A DNA stretch of 64,000 bases, from the NCBI GenBank assembly GCA_944332995.1, contig CALVKR010000002.1, forward strand, positions 63,100-127,099. Reading direction: 5' to 3'. The stretch's first letter is position 1. Every line of letters starts with the position of its first letter. The position numbers and the translations under genes are program-made. Below, piece by piece: positions 38,173-47,801 of this stretch. The notes under the pieces were generated by a model. The model was not told the DNA's origin and ran no database searches. It saw only the letters and a program-made list of their open reading frames with translations. The DNA is from an uncultured Clostridia bacterium. GTDB lineage: Bacteria; Bacillota; Clostridia; Christensenellales; CAG-917.

Positions 38173-39204
38173 TTACGCCTCCTTATTGAATTGCTTTAAA
38201 AAGCGAACGTCGTTTTCGTAAAACATTTTGATGTTAGGAACGCCGTATTTGAGCATCGCTATACGCTCGACGCCGAATCCGAAAGCAAAGCCGGAATATT
38301 CGTTGCTGTCAAGACCGCACATATCCAGCACGTGCGGATTGACGACGCCCGCTCCGAGAATCTCTACCCAGCCCGTATCTTTGCAAACCCTACATCCTTT
38401 TCCTCCGCAGATAGAGCAAGTGACGTCCATTTCTACGCTCGGCTCGGTAAACGGAAAATACGACGGTCTGAAGCGAGTTTTCGTGTCCTTAGAAAATATC
38501 TTTTCGGCAAACGCCGTCAGCACGCCCTGCAAATCTCCGAGCGTGATTTTTTTATCCACCGCCAAGCCCTCGATTTGATTGAAAATCGGGCTGTGCGAAG
38601 CGTCGTCGTCCGAACGGTATACCTTTCCGGGAACAACGACACGGATAGGCGGTTTTTGAGTAGTCATTATCCTTGCCTGCATGGGAGAGGTGTGCGTTCT
38701 CAAAAGAATGTTTTCGTCGATATAAAAAGTATCCTGCATATCTCTCGCCGGGTGGTCTTTAGGCACGTTCATAAGCTGAAAGTTAAAATAATCCGTTTCG
38801 ATTTCCGGACCTTCCGCAACGGAAAAACCAAAGCCTTTGAATATGTCGATTATCTCGTTTTTTATCCTCGTCAACGGGTGAACGCTGCCCAACTCCCTCG
38901 TCGGCTTGGACGGCAACGTAACGTCGACAGCCTCAGCTGAAAGCTTAGCGCACAGCTCCGCTTTCTTTATCTTTTTGTCCTTTTCCGCAAGAGCGTTTTC
39001 GATTTTTTCCCTTGCCTCGTTGACAAGTTTACCCATCTGAGGTCTTTCCTCGGGTGAAAGTTTTCCCATGCCTTTCATAACGGCGGTCATCTCGCCGTTC
39101 TTTCCCAAAAATCTGACTCTTACGTCGGCAAGAGATTTTGAATCGGCGCACTGCGACACGGCGTCAAGAGCCTGAGAAACGATTTTGTTTAAAAGTTCTT
39201 TCAT
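38173..39204 (-). CDS. pheS: phenylalanine--tRNA ligase alpha subunit
   Basis: Class II aaRS motifs (HPARDMQDTFY, FRPSYFPFTEPS, GFAFGFGVERIAM). Confidence 0.95.
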   Translation of the reverse strand: MKELLNKIVSQALDAVSQCADSKSLADVRVRFLGKNGEMTAVMKGMGKLSPEERPQMGKLVNEAREKIENALAEKDKKIKKAELCAKLSAEAVDVTLPSKPTRELGSVHPLTRIKNEIIDIFKGFGFSVAEGPEIETDYFNFQLMNVPKDHPARDMQDTFYIDENILLRTHTSPMQARIMTTQKPPIRVVVPGKVYRSDDDASHSPIFNQIEGLAVDKKITLGDLQGVLTAFAEKIFSKDTKTRFRPSYFPFTEPSVEMDVTCSICGGKGCRVCKDTGWVEILGAGVVNPHVLDMCGLDSNEYSGFAFGFGVERIAMLKYGVPNIKMFYENDVRFLKQFNKEA

Positions 39205-39330
39205 CTTCTACTCCTTTTAGAATGAAACTTTATGCTATTCCAGAGCAAATTTAATCAGCCGTCAAAAAGATTGATTAAACCTGCAAAAATCCAACCTTAA
39301 ATTTAACGCTCGGGCAATTTTGGACGGAGC

Positions 39331-39563
39331 GGCAAAATAAAAAGCCCTATGCAAAAGCATAGGGCGAAAAACCGCGGTACCACCTATATTCGCGCATGAG
39401 CGCCTCTTTAGCTGTCACGGGCATACCCGACAATCCCTACTCCGTTCAGGAATGCAGCTCCAAAGTGAACTTCGCAATGCCTTTCAACCGACGCTCTCAG
39501 CCGACGACGTCTTCTCTGTAGATGACCGACAAAGTTACTCTCTTTATCATCGCTTTTTATATT
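39331..39563 (-). promoter_or_regulatory. T-box leader (Phe-type candidate) with promoter and terminator, upstream of pheST
   Basis: Minus strand: TTGACT (39593-39598) / 17 nt / TAAATT (39570-75). AGAGA and GNUGAGAG-like stem I elements, and UUC in GAAGUUCAC. T-box core AAUAUAGGUGGUACCGCG (39367-39384 region). Terminator GCCCTATGC-TTTT-GCATAGGGC (39344-39365) plus T-run. Confidence 0.8.
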
Positions 39564-40227
39564 AAATATAATTTATCATAGCAAAATAAATAAGTCAAAC
39601 AAAAAGTCAAACAAAAATCAAACGATATATTAAAGCAAAAATAAGATATCGCAACAAAATCCGATACCGCAAACAAAATTTTAAGTGAAAAATATACGAA
39701 GAAAAAGCGAGCAAGAAAAACACAATCAAAACAAAAAATGTTTGTAAATCACACTCAGCTGCTACCTTTAAAAATTTATGTCTGAAAAATTTATGATTTG
39801 AAAATTATATATGAGAAATTATAGACTAACGTATATTTGTTAAAATTTGTTTTTGCAAATTTACTTAAAAAAAACGAATTGCCTAAAATCAAAAAAGATA
39901 CAACGCCACTGCACTAAAATAAAAATCATAGAAAAATTTTCGTTTGGGTTAATTTTCAAATAAAAACCCGCACCAAACGGAATTCTTTAATAGCAATCTT
40001 TCATAAAAAACCTCTAAAGAAACCTTTAACGGAAACATACAACGGAAATTCTCAAAACACCTTAGCCGAAACCATCAAAAAATATAAAATGGAAATATTG
40101 AATAAGTACAAATTTGAGCAACGATAATTTGAGCAAACGAAAAATTCAATAAAAATTTAGAAGTAAATTTAGCAAAAGGATAGCACAAAAAAGCCATTAT
40201 ATAATTCAAAATAAAGGCAAGAGACAC

Positions 40228-40854
40228 TCAAGGCAACAAGTCGAGTATCTGAAAATAAGTCGACGGCACGTCGCCCACGATTATATTTTCGCAAAGCAAA
40301 ATTTGAGACGTGGCGGTGGCGGTCATATCTTTAAGCGGAGCAACTATTTTTATATCGCAGGAAACGACAAGATATAGAGAATGTTTTGTCTGATTTATCC
40401 CCGCCTCGGTAAATTCGGAAACAAATTCGCAATTGGCGGCGCCTATGGGCATTATCTCAAATTCGACGCCGTGTCCTTTTCCCGTGAAAATCGCAAAACC
40501 CGTAAGCGTACCAATGGGAATGGAAAGATTTTCTTCCGTAAGTTTATTGAGTTCGCTTTGAGCAACGGTAGAAACCTGCCTTGTCAGATTGTTGATAAGA
40601 TTAGAATTAGCCTTAAGGACTTCCGTATCCCCGTTTGTTTCCAAAGTGAAAAAATCGGTATACTCCTTTTCGGAAGCGACGGCGGCTGCGTTATTCATAG
40701 CGTCCACGGCAAGAGCATTTACAGACGCCGTGCATGCCTCTTTCAAAATTGGGTCGACAACCGATTCAACGTAGCAAAAAAAACCGACGGCAACGCCTAC
40801 CGCAAGCAAAATAAATACCAAAAGTTTAGCTTTCCACCTTTTCTTTTTTTGCAC
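40228..40854 (-). CDS. yunB: sporulation protein YunB
   Basis: N-terminal TM helix, then the pattern ...SIPIGTLTG...EFTEAGINQTKHSLYLVVSCDIKIVAPL...GDVPSTY, matching B. subtilis YunB (YGINNALVEVYLHVEVNVKVIIPF...GDVPQFY). Confidence 0.75.
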   Translation of the reverse strand: MQKKKRWKAKLLVFILLAVGVAVGFFCYVESVVDPILKEACTASVNALAVDAMNNAAAVASEKEYTDFFTLETNGDTEVLKANSNLINNLTRQVSTVAQSELNKLTEENLSIPIGTLTGFAIFTGKGHGVEFEIMPIGAANCEFVSEFTEAGINQTKHSLYLVVSCDIKIVAPLKDMTATATSQILLCENIIVGDVPSTYFQILDLLP

Positions 40855-41348
40855 ATCTAACTATATGCGGCATCCGACAAAATAATGCAAATTGCAACAA
40901 AAATCGGAAAAATACAAAATTTAAAATCAGCGTATACAGGCACATTGCGCACAGAAATAATACGGCAAAAGACCATCATATAAAAGGAAAAAATATTAAA
41001 AAAATCAAACTATAATTGAGCATAAATTTAAAGCAAAATGTAAAATCTTTCAATTTCTTTCTTTCAATTAAGGCATTAAATATGATTTTTTAAAAAAATT
41101 TAGCCATAAAATTTTAGCCCCTTTAAACAGGGTCAAATGTAAAAAAAACCGAAAAAAAGCCTTAAACAACGTAAAACTATTATGAAATTCAGCCAAAAAT
41201 ATAAAACCAAACAAAAAAAACCTGCTTTTAGACAGAATTATCCGACAAACCAACGGATAACACAAGATTATCGGATTTAACGGACAGTATACAATAATCG
41301 GATAATAAACAGTCTGAAAATTTAAAGCGCCGTAAAAAGGCGCTTTAA

Positions 41349-41720
41349 TCATACCTTTTTCGTTCTCGATTTGAAAAGCAAAGCAAACAAAAAGCCGAAA
41401 ACGATTGCCGCCGTAAGACCTGCCGCAACAGCCGACATACCGCCCACAACCGCTCCTATCAATCCCTGCTCGGAGGCGCCCTTTATAGCGCCTTTGGCGA
41501 GTGAACTTCCAAAACCCATTATGGGAATTGTAACTCCGGCTTTGGCAAACTGCTCCATATAACCGAATGCTCCGGCAACTTCTAAAACAACACCTAAAAG
41601 CATAAACAAAACCAAAATTCTGGCGGAAGTCATTCCCGTCTTGTTTATTAAAATTTGCCCCAGCATACAGATAAGTCCGCCGACAGCAAAAACCTTTAAA
41701 TATATCAAAAAAATATCCAT
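41349..41720 (-). CDS. spoVAE: stage V sporulation protein AE (SpoVAEB-type)
   Basis: MDIFLIYLKVFAVGGLICMLGQIL...VTIPIMGFGSSL. Start at the ATG at 41720, with upstream GGGTGAGAG. Confidence 0.8.
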   Translation of the reverse strand: MDIFLIYLKVFAVGGLICMLGQILINKTGMTSARILVLFMLLGVVLEVAGAFGYMEQFAKAGVTIPIMGFGSSLAKGAIKGASEQGLIGAVVGGMSAVAAGLTAAIVFGFLFALLFKSRTKKV

Positions 41721-41869
41721 ACTCTCACCCGTTTGTCTGATGCAGAATATCCTATAGTCTACCCAATGCGTCAAAATGAAAGCAATTTAAAATATCCTGT
41801 CACCTATGTATTTTTATCAAAAAAACAAAGAATCAATACCGATTCATTCGTGAATCTAATCAACAATGC

Positions 41870-42095
41870 TTAGAGCGCACATTATTAAATTTTAGCTATG
41901 TATTATACAAATTGCCTTTTTGTAGAATACTTTGAATGTATATGAGCACAAACCGACATATTTATATATGTTTGTTTATACACTGTAGAATACTTGCTGC
42001 CTTTTGAGCCGTATATTACAGCCCGACAATGAGCGCACATATCAACCATCTCCTTTTGCAGTATTATATAAAATGCCGTTTTGTAGAATACTTTT
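41870..42095. repeat. three degenerate ~65-90-bp tandem modules in the spoVAD-spoVAE gap, each containing TAGAATACT
   Basis: TAGAATACT at 41923-31, 41986-94 and 42084-92. GAGCGCACAT at 41874 and 42031 (GAGCACAAAC at 41943). Modules 1 and 3 form AGTATTaTA-N15-TAgAATACT imperfect palindromes (41899-41931, 42060-42092). Confidence 0.85.
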
Positions 42096-42113
42096 TGCCT
42101 GATTTGCAACAAT

Positions 42114-43118
42114 TCAGCAAGATTCCAGGCAAACGGCATGGGCAATCGACGGTATCGTCTGTTTTTGCAAAGACGTATCTTTGCTTAACAACGCACCTGT
42201 CGGCACAAACAACACTCTTTTATAGTCGCCACATTTGAATTTTTGCAATATAAACGAGTTAAAAGTGCTGCTTGCACAGCCTGCCCCCGAACCTCCTTGC
42301 TCGGTTTTTTGCTTGTCGGTATAATACATCGCTCCGCAGTCCGCAAGATTTTTGATAAGATAACCTTCGTCGTTTAATATATACGTCAAAAGCTCCTTTC
42401 CGTATTTTCCCAAATCACCGGTGAAAATGACGTCATAATAATTAGCATCACGTTTTGTCTGTCTTAAATGCTGAATTATTGTATCTGCCGCCGCTGGCGC
42501 CATAGCTCCGCCCATATTGCTTTCGTCTTCTACACCCATGTCTACAACCCTGCCGATAGTCCCTGCACTAACTTTTAAATTGAACTCGCCCTTCTCGGCA
42601 GAGAGAATCGTGCAACCTGCGCCCGTGACGGTCCACTGCGACGTAGGCGTCCTTTGCGTACCGAGCTCGAGCGGATATCTATACTGCCTTTCCGCCGTCG
42701 AAAAATGACTGCTTGTCGAACAGGAAACATATTTTTCAAATCCGGAAGATATAAACATAGAACCAAGGAGCATCGCTTCGCCAAACGTTGCGCATGCGTT
42801 GTATACACCCATATAAGCGCATCTGAAATCACGGGCAGCAAACGACGCTCCCACGATTTCGTTTAGCAAATCTCCGCCAAGCAAAAGTCCCAACTCGTTT
42901 TCTTCTATACCGGCTTTCGTCATCGCTCCCTTTACAGCCTCTTTGTGCATTTTACATTCCGCCCGCTCGTAAGATTTTTCACCCCAGAGGTCGTTATCTA
43001 AGACCTTGTCGAAATACTCGCCGAAGTTTCCTTCGCCTTCCATCTTTCCGACAATGGAATATCCGCTCCTGACGTAGACGGGATTATCAAATATATATGT
43101 TCTTTCACCGCATTTCAT
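42114..43118 (-). CDS. spoVAD: stage V sporulation protein AD (thiolase-like)
   Basis: 334-aa ORF between spoVAC and spoVAE with a SpoVAD-like sequence (YMGVYNACATFGEAM...). Confidence 0.9.
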   Translation of the reverse strand: MKCGERTYIFDNPVYVRSGYSIVGKMEGEGNFGEYFDKVLDNDLWGEKSYERAECKMHKEAVKGAMTKAGIEENELGLLLGGDLLNEIVGASFAARDFRCAYMGVYNACATFGEAMLLGSMFISSGFEKYVSCSTSSHFSTAERQYRYPLELGTQRTPTSQWTVTGAGCTILSAEKGEFNLKVSAGTIGRVVDMGVEDESNMGGAMAPAAADTIIQHLRQTKRDANYYDVIFTGDLGKYGKELLTYILNDEGYLIKNLADCGAMYYTDKQKTEQGGSGAGCASSTFNSFILQKFKCGDYKRVLFVPTGALLSKDTSLQKQTIPSIAHAVCLESC

Positions 43119-43138
43119 ATTTTATACCTTTACAAATT

Positions 43139-43576
43139 TTAAACGAATATAAGTGCAAACAGACCGACTATCACCGAAGCCACAACGCCGAACACGATTA
43201 TAGGCCCGGCAACAGTAAACATTTTTGAACATACTCCGAAGAATATACCCTCTCTGTTGTATTCCATGGCAGGCGACACGACAGAATTTGCAAATCCCGT
43301 TATCGGTATGATTGAACCGCCCCCTGCATAATAACCAAGCCTGTCGTAAAGTCCGAGCCCTGTCAGCAAGGCACCTAAAAAAATCATCGTAACTGTCGTC
43401 CACATTCTCAATTCCGTATCGGGCATTTGAGTGTAAATCGCTCTCAATATATCCGAAACGGCTTGACCTATACAGCATATAAAACCGCCAACCACAAAAG
43501 AAGTTACAAGCGTCCTTACCATCGGCGTTTTGGGCGAAGTAACCTTTATAAGTTTAAGATATCGCTCTTGTTCCAT
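43139..43576 (-). CDS. spoVAC: stage V sporulation protein AC
   Basis: FVVGGFICCIGQ...LTGLGLYDRLGYYAGGGSIIPITGFANS, closely matching B. subtilis SpoVAC. RBS GGAGGG. Confidence 0.9.
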   Translation of the reverse strand: MEQERYLKLIKVTSPKTPMVRTLVTSFVVGGFICCIGQAVSDILRAIYTQMPDTELRMWTTVTMIFLGALLTGLGLYDRLGYYAGGGSIIPITGFANSVVSPAMEYNREGIFFGVCSKMFTVAGPIIVFGVVASVIVGLFALIFV

Positions 43577-44160
43577 CTTTCGCCCTCCACTATCTCGTCA
43601 CGATTTTTAATTTGTTTAATTTTTTCCATAATTTTATTTTTTTTGAAAAATGTAAAAATATACCTGTTTTTGTATCGCAGGCTCATTAAGCCCTATTTTA
43701 GCTATAGTTCATCAATGCTTGCTATAAATTTTAAGCGCCGCTTCGACAAGCGTATACATTGCGTTTATTGAATTAACATTTGAAAAGCGTTTTTCGCCTT
43801 TGGCAACAGACTAACTAAATGTAAAAGAATTTAAGCGGTAAATTTGCTAAAAGTATTCTATATATCGCTAAAAGTATTCTATATTTTGCCAAATTGCAAC
43901 TAAATTGCAAAAAAAAACAAATGCTAATACGGCTATTTACACCCTTTTAATTGCCCACCCGATTTAGAAAAAACGTTTTATTTTACAGTCTTTTAAAAGC
44001 AATACAAAAACAGCAGTTAAATAGCAACGAACGGTAAAATGTAATTTTTAACAAAAAAATAAATACACAAAATGCAAATTTGCCTGAATTTGAAGCCTGC
44101 ACATTTAAAATTAAAATTGATTTATGGCAATGAAATTTTTATAAAAATCTTTGATTTGAT

Positions 44161-44191
44161 AAAAAACCTTGACGTTTATTTATCGTCAAAG
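44161..44191 (-). terminator. intrinsic terminator overlapping the end of sigF
   Basis: Minus strand reads CCTTTGACG-ATAAATAAA-CGTCAAGG followed by TTTTTT. Confidence 0.5.
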
Positions 44192-44889
44192 GTTTCTTTG
44201 AATTTGTTTAAAATCTTTCCCTCTATGCGAGATACCTGAACCTGAGATATACCAAGCAGGTTTGCCACTTCGCTTTGCGTTTTGTCTCGAAAATATCTCA
44301 GCACTATGATTTTTTGCTCTCTCTCGTCAAGATTTCCCACGAGCTCTTTAATTAAAAGTTTGTCAATCAGCGCTATATCGTCTTTATCTGCCACTTTATC
44401 GAGGATACTCGTTTCCCCGTCCTCGTTTTCCGCGTAAAGACTCGTAACGGCACTTGACGATTCCATGGCAAACACGATATCGTGAGCGTCGGCTCCTACC
44501 GCTTCGGATATCTCGGCAATCGAAGGGTCTTTTTCGTGGCTTGACTTATACTCCTCTACGTATTTGATAATTTTATAATTAAGCGACTTCATCGCCCTCG
44601 ACACCTTGACCGCTCCGTCGTCACGCAAAAACCGCTTGATTTCACCCGTTATCATAGGAACGGCGTATGTGGAAAACCGCACGTCGAAACTTTGGTCAAA
44701 GCCTGCGATTGCTTTAATCAATCCTATCGCCCCAAGTTGCATTAAGTCGTCATACTCAAGTCTTCCCGTAAAACGTTTAACTATCGATTTTACAAGCGGC
44801 AAATTTTCCTCGACAAGTTTAGATCTCGCCTCGATATCGCCGTCTTTCGATTTTTTAATTAAATCTAATACGTCTTCTTGTTCAATCAC
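44176..44889 (-). CDS. sigF: sporulation sigma factor SigF
   Basis: FDVRFSTYAVPMITGEIKRFLRDDGAVKVSR and QSEVANLLGISQVQVSRIEGKIL match B. subtilis SigF regions 2 and 4. Follows spoIIAB with a 4-nt overlap. Confidence 0.9.
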   Translation of the reverse strand: MIEQEDVLDLIKKSKDGDIEARSKLVEENLPLVKSIVKRFTGRLEYDDLMQLGAIGLIKAIAGFDQSFDVRFSTYAVPMITGEIKRFLRDDGAVKVSRAMKSLNYKIIKYVEEYKSSHEKDPSIAEISEAVGADAHDIVFAMESSSAVTSLYAENEDGETSILDKVADKDDIALIDKLLIKELVGNLDEREQKIIVLRYFRDKTQSEVANLLGISQVQVSRIEGKILNKFKETFDDK

Positions 44890-45311
44890 TGTTTGTCACC
44901 AAATCTTTTTACAAGTTCCACCGTGGTCCCCTCGCCCTCTTTTGACACAACCGACACTTTGTCCATAAAAGTTTGCATAACCGTAAATCCCATACCGCTA
45001 CGCTCGTCGTCGCTTTTCGTCGAATAAAAAGGCTCGAGCGCCTTTTCTACGTCGGCAATTCCCACGCCGTTATCTTTTATGACGATTTTTATCTCGTTTG
45101 CGTCAAGATAAGCCTCGAGAAAGATTTCGCCGGGATTTTCTTTGTCATAAGCGTGCACAACGACGTTTGTTACAGCCTCGGAAACGGCAGTTTTGACGTC
45201 GCCTATCTCTTCCAACGTGGGCGCCGCCTCGACGCAGAAAGCCGCAAGAGCGCTTCTGGCAAATTTCTCGTTGCAGTCAAGCGCCGGAAGTTGCATTTTA
45301 AAATAATTCAT
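44886..45311 (-). CDS. spoIIAB: anti-sigma F factor SpoIIAB (serine kinase)
   Basis: HATPase_c motifs (EAVTNVVVHAY, DNGVGI, SGMGFTVM). Confidence 0.9.
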   Translation of the reverse strand: MNYFKMQLPALDCNEKFARSALAAFCVEAAPTLEEIGDVKTAVSEAVTNVVVHAYDKENPGEIFLEAYLDANEIKIVIKDNGVGIADVEKALEPFYSTKSDDERSGMGFTVMQTFMDKVSVVSKEGEGTTVELVKRFGDKQ

Positions 45312-45447
45312 TTTTCACTCCTTATAATTGTTGAATATGTTTTTCGCCCCGATATAGTACGCCCGAATTTAAAATCATAGTCGCTTCAATTCAAGGCTGT
45401 CTTTTTTAAAGCCAAAGCCGTCAATGAAATTTGCAAACCTTTATTGG

Positions 45448-45747
45448 TTACAGCTTAGAAACGATATCGTAAATTCCGCACATGGAAAACACTTTATCCA
45501 CTTGAAAATTTACGTTTTTGACCGACAATTTCCTGCCTAAAGACCTCAGCTTTTTATATCTTCCCAAAAGCACGCCTATTCCCGTGCTATCCATAAAACT
45601 TACCTCTCGCATATCTATAACAAGCCTTGAAAAAACAAAACTGTCGATAAGCATATCGATATTTTCGCGTATCGTTTTGGCGACGCTGTCGTCAAACTCG
45701 CCGTATAGATATACGTATAAATCGTCGCCGCTCATTTTATAGGTCAT
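45448..45747 (-). CDS. spoIIAA: anti-sigma F factor antagonist SpoIIAA (STAS domain)
   Basis: 99-aa STAS protein with the phosphorylatable DSTG motif (FMDSTGIGVLLGRY). First gene of the spoIIA operon, RBS GGAGGG. Confidence 0.85.
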   Translation of the reverse strand: MTYKMSGDDLYVYLYGEFDDSVAKTIRENIDMLIDSFVFSRLVIDMREVSFMDSTGIGVLLGRYKKLRSLGRKLSVKNVNFQVDKVFSMCGIYDIVSKL

Positions 45748-46091
45748 AATGCCCTCCGCAGAAATACTATCATTTAAAAAAACACAGATTTTAGCTTTAT
45801 TTGTAAATAAAAAAATTTTATAAAAATAATATGTCTAATTTATAAATGCGCCGTGAAAAGAATTCTAAAGCGCAACAAAAAAAAGCAATTCGTCATAAAT
45901 GCCGAATTGCCGTATTTGATATAAATATAAGTAATAAGCGAATTTAAGATAATAATTCTGTCTACTTTTCAAAGGCAGACCGCTTTGAGTTTCAAAAAGT
46001 AATACGATTGACTTTTAAAAACAGGCATCTTACTTTTAAAAAAAATTTTGTTTACCGTCGTTTAAATTTTTTAACCGTATTTAAACAATTT

Positions 46092-46640
46092 CTATTTTAA
46101 ATCGTCGTTATATTTTGCCCTTTCACCGCCGATAAACTTAGGACGGACACGGGCTCCCGAAACCGTCGCCTCGCCTATTTTATTGTTTTGCAACCTGACG
46201 GGAACAGCCACTTCCTTAAGACGCATACCTATCATAACGGCGCCGATATCCAACCCTGCATCCGCTTTGACGGTTTCGACGACAGCCGCATCATCGCCTA
46301 AAATTTTATAAGTTGCCGTGGCAAACGACCCACCGCCCTTGAGCCAGGGAACTACGTTCACTTCGTCAAGGCGATACTTTGATACGGCTTCTTTTGAAAT
46401 GACAACCGCTCTGTTCAGGTGCTCACAGCATTGAGCGGCGAGATATATTCCCCTCTCTTTCAATATATCGTATGCCGTCTTTGCAAGCTCAAATCCTACG
46501 TCCTCCGCCGAATGAGAGCCGATTTTAAATCCGCAAACCTCGCTCGTCGAACAACCGACCAAAAGAATTTGTCCCGCTTTTATTTTTGACGCATCAATTA
46601 GTTCTGACAAAGAATTTTTTATTTGTTCTTTTAAATCCAT
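46092..46640 (-). CDS. UPF0340/TIGR01440 family protein (YwlG-like)
   Basis: LLVGCSTSEVCGFKIG, LAAQCCEHLNRA and AGLDIGAVMIGM match B. subtilis YwlG. ATG at 46640 is preceded by GGAGAAAG. Confidence 0.8.
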   Translation of the reverse strand: MDLKEQIKNSLSELIDASKIKAGQILLVGCSTSEVCGFKIGSHSAEDVGFELAKTAYDILKERGIYLAAQCCEHLNRAVVISKEAVSKYRLDEVNVVPWLKGGGSFATATYKILGDDAAVVETVKADAGLDIGAVMIGMRLKEVAVPVRLQNNKIGEATVSGARVRPKFIGGERAKYNDDLK

Positions 46641-47054
46641 ACTTTCTCCGTAACCATATTGCAAATATTTGACGTTAGGTTTATTATAACACAAAAATCG
46701 GTTTCAGCACTATTTATTATCGCAAGAAAGCGAATAATTCACCGACGCCCTGCAAAGAATAATCAAACCGCTAAAAAAAACGAATAGTTCGTATCCGATA
46801 ATAAAATGAGGCTTTGACAATGGCGAGTTTGCCGACGAAAAATGCGACATTTTTTAACGGCTTAATTCGTCAAGATTTTATGACATGTAAAAGCGCTTTA
46901 CTCTCTTTTCTTTTGCGATAAAATCATTATTTGCTTTTTGCAACTCAAAAGTTAAGTTTTTGCATGTCACAGCTTGGATAAAATTATCCCAAACGAAAAA
47001 CAAACGACGTTTTACCGAGCGGCGCATTAACTCCAAGTGCGCCGTTTATCAACG

Positions 47055-47801
47055 TTATTTTTTGTAAATAAACTTTTTTACTTTCATTTTATCGAAAGCT
47101 ATAGCTATTACGATATAGCCCACGGCTGCAACCACGGCTTGAACCAAATTCCATGGCATACTTACATATGCGCCCCAATTTCCGTAAATTATCACTTCGC
47201 TGAAGAAATATCCGACTACGGTTATGATACAACTTAAGCCGCAACCTATAAAGTTTCTTGCGCAAAGAATTTTATCTTTTTTTGCCGTAAAGCAAAGAAC
47301 TATCAGCGCTTTTACTATAAGCGAAAAAGGTGCCCAAATCGGCGCACCGACGATAACGTCTGACAGTGCCGCTCCGACGCAGGAAGAAAGCAGCGCAAAA
47401 GGCAATGGCAAAATACTCGCCGAAAGCAGTATCATCAAATCGCCGAGGTGAATGTATCCCCCCGCCCCTATCGGAACTTTAATGAACGACGTAAAGACAA
47501 TTACCAACGCAGTCATAACCGCAGTAACGGCAATATCCGCCGTTCTTATTTTAAAACGCTTTTTGCCTTTTGCGGATATATCGGATTTTGTATCGGCAGG
47601 CTTTACACAGTCGTCAACCCTGCCGTTTTCCTTTTCCGAAGCAGAGATTAAATTATCGTCGTTTTGCAAACCGACGGATTGGGAAAAATCATTTTCGACT
47701 TTGCCGCTGTTTTGGTCAACTCCCTCTGAAACACGCAAAGAATCTTCGCTATTTACCGCCTTATTTTCCATCGAATTGTCATCAAATTTATCTTTAGCCA
47801 T
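47055..47801 (-). CDS. polytopic membrane protein, ECF-transporter S-component-like, with a ~85-aa disordered N-terminal extension
   Basis: The C-terminal ~160 aa has 5-6 TM helices with an IHLGD...GAALSD pattern reminiscent of ECF S components. The N-terminus is D/N/S/E/K-rich. Family assignment is by eye only. Confidence 0.55.
   Translation of the reverse strand: MAKDKFDDNSMENKAVNSEDSLRVSEGVDQNSGKVENDFSQSVGLQNDDNLISASEKENGRVDDCVKPADTKSDISAKGKKRFKIRTADIAVTAVMTALVIVFTSFIKVPIGAGGYIHLGDLMILLSASILPLPFALLSSCVGAALSDVIVGAPIWAPFSLIVKALIVLCFTAKKDKILCARNFIGCGLSCIITVVGYFFSEVIIYGNWGAYVSMPWNLVQAVVAAVGYIVIAIAFDKMKVKKFIYKK

Noticed and set aside
41068-41352. A 94-aa ORF whose ATG overlaps the spoVAE stop (ATGA).
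   Set aside because: Its composition (F/L/I/Y/C/P-rich) is what a T-rich non-coding strand yields. No motif is present, and it lies in the A/T-skewed spacer. The coupling-like overlap is noted, but I do not consider it a supported gene.
41903-42145. An 80-aa ORF spanning the spoVAD-spoVAE gap repeats (KYST/CAH peptide repeats).
   Set aside because: The DNA repeats are spaced 64 and 87 bp apart, neither a multiple of 3, and the shared motif is read in different frames in different copies. The repeat is therefore not conserved at the protein level.
43741-43750. A perfect Spo0A box (TGTCGAA on the coding strand) upstream of spoVAC, and a near-match (TTAGACA) upstream of spoIIAA at about 45833.
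   Set aside because: A 7-mer is expected several times by chance in 64 kb on two strands. A single site, not positioned relative to a recognisable sigma-H or sigma-G promoter, is not convincing.
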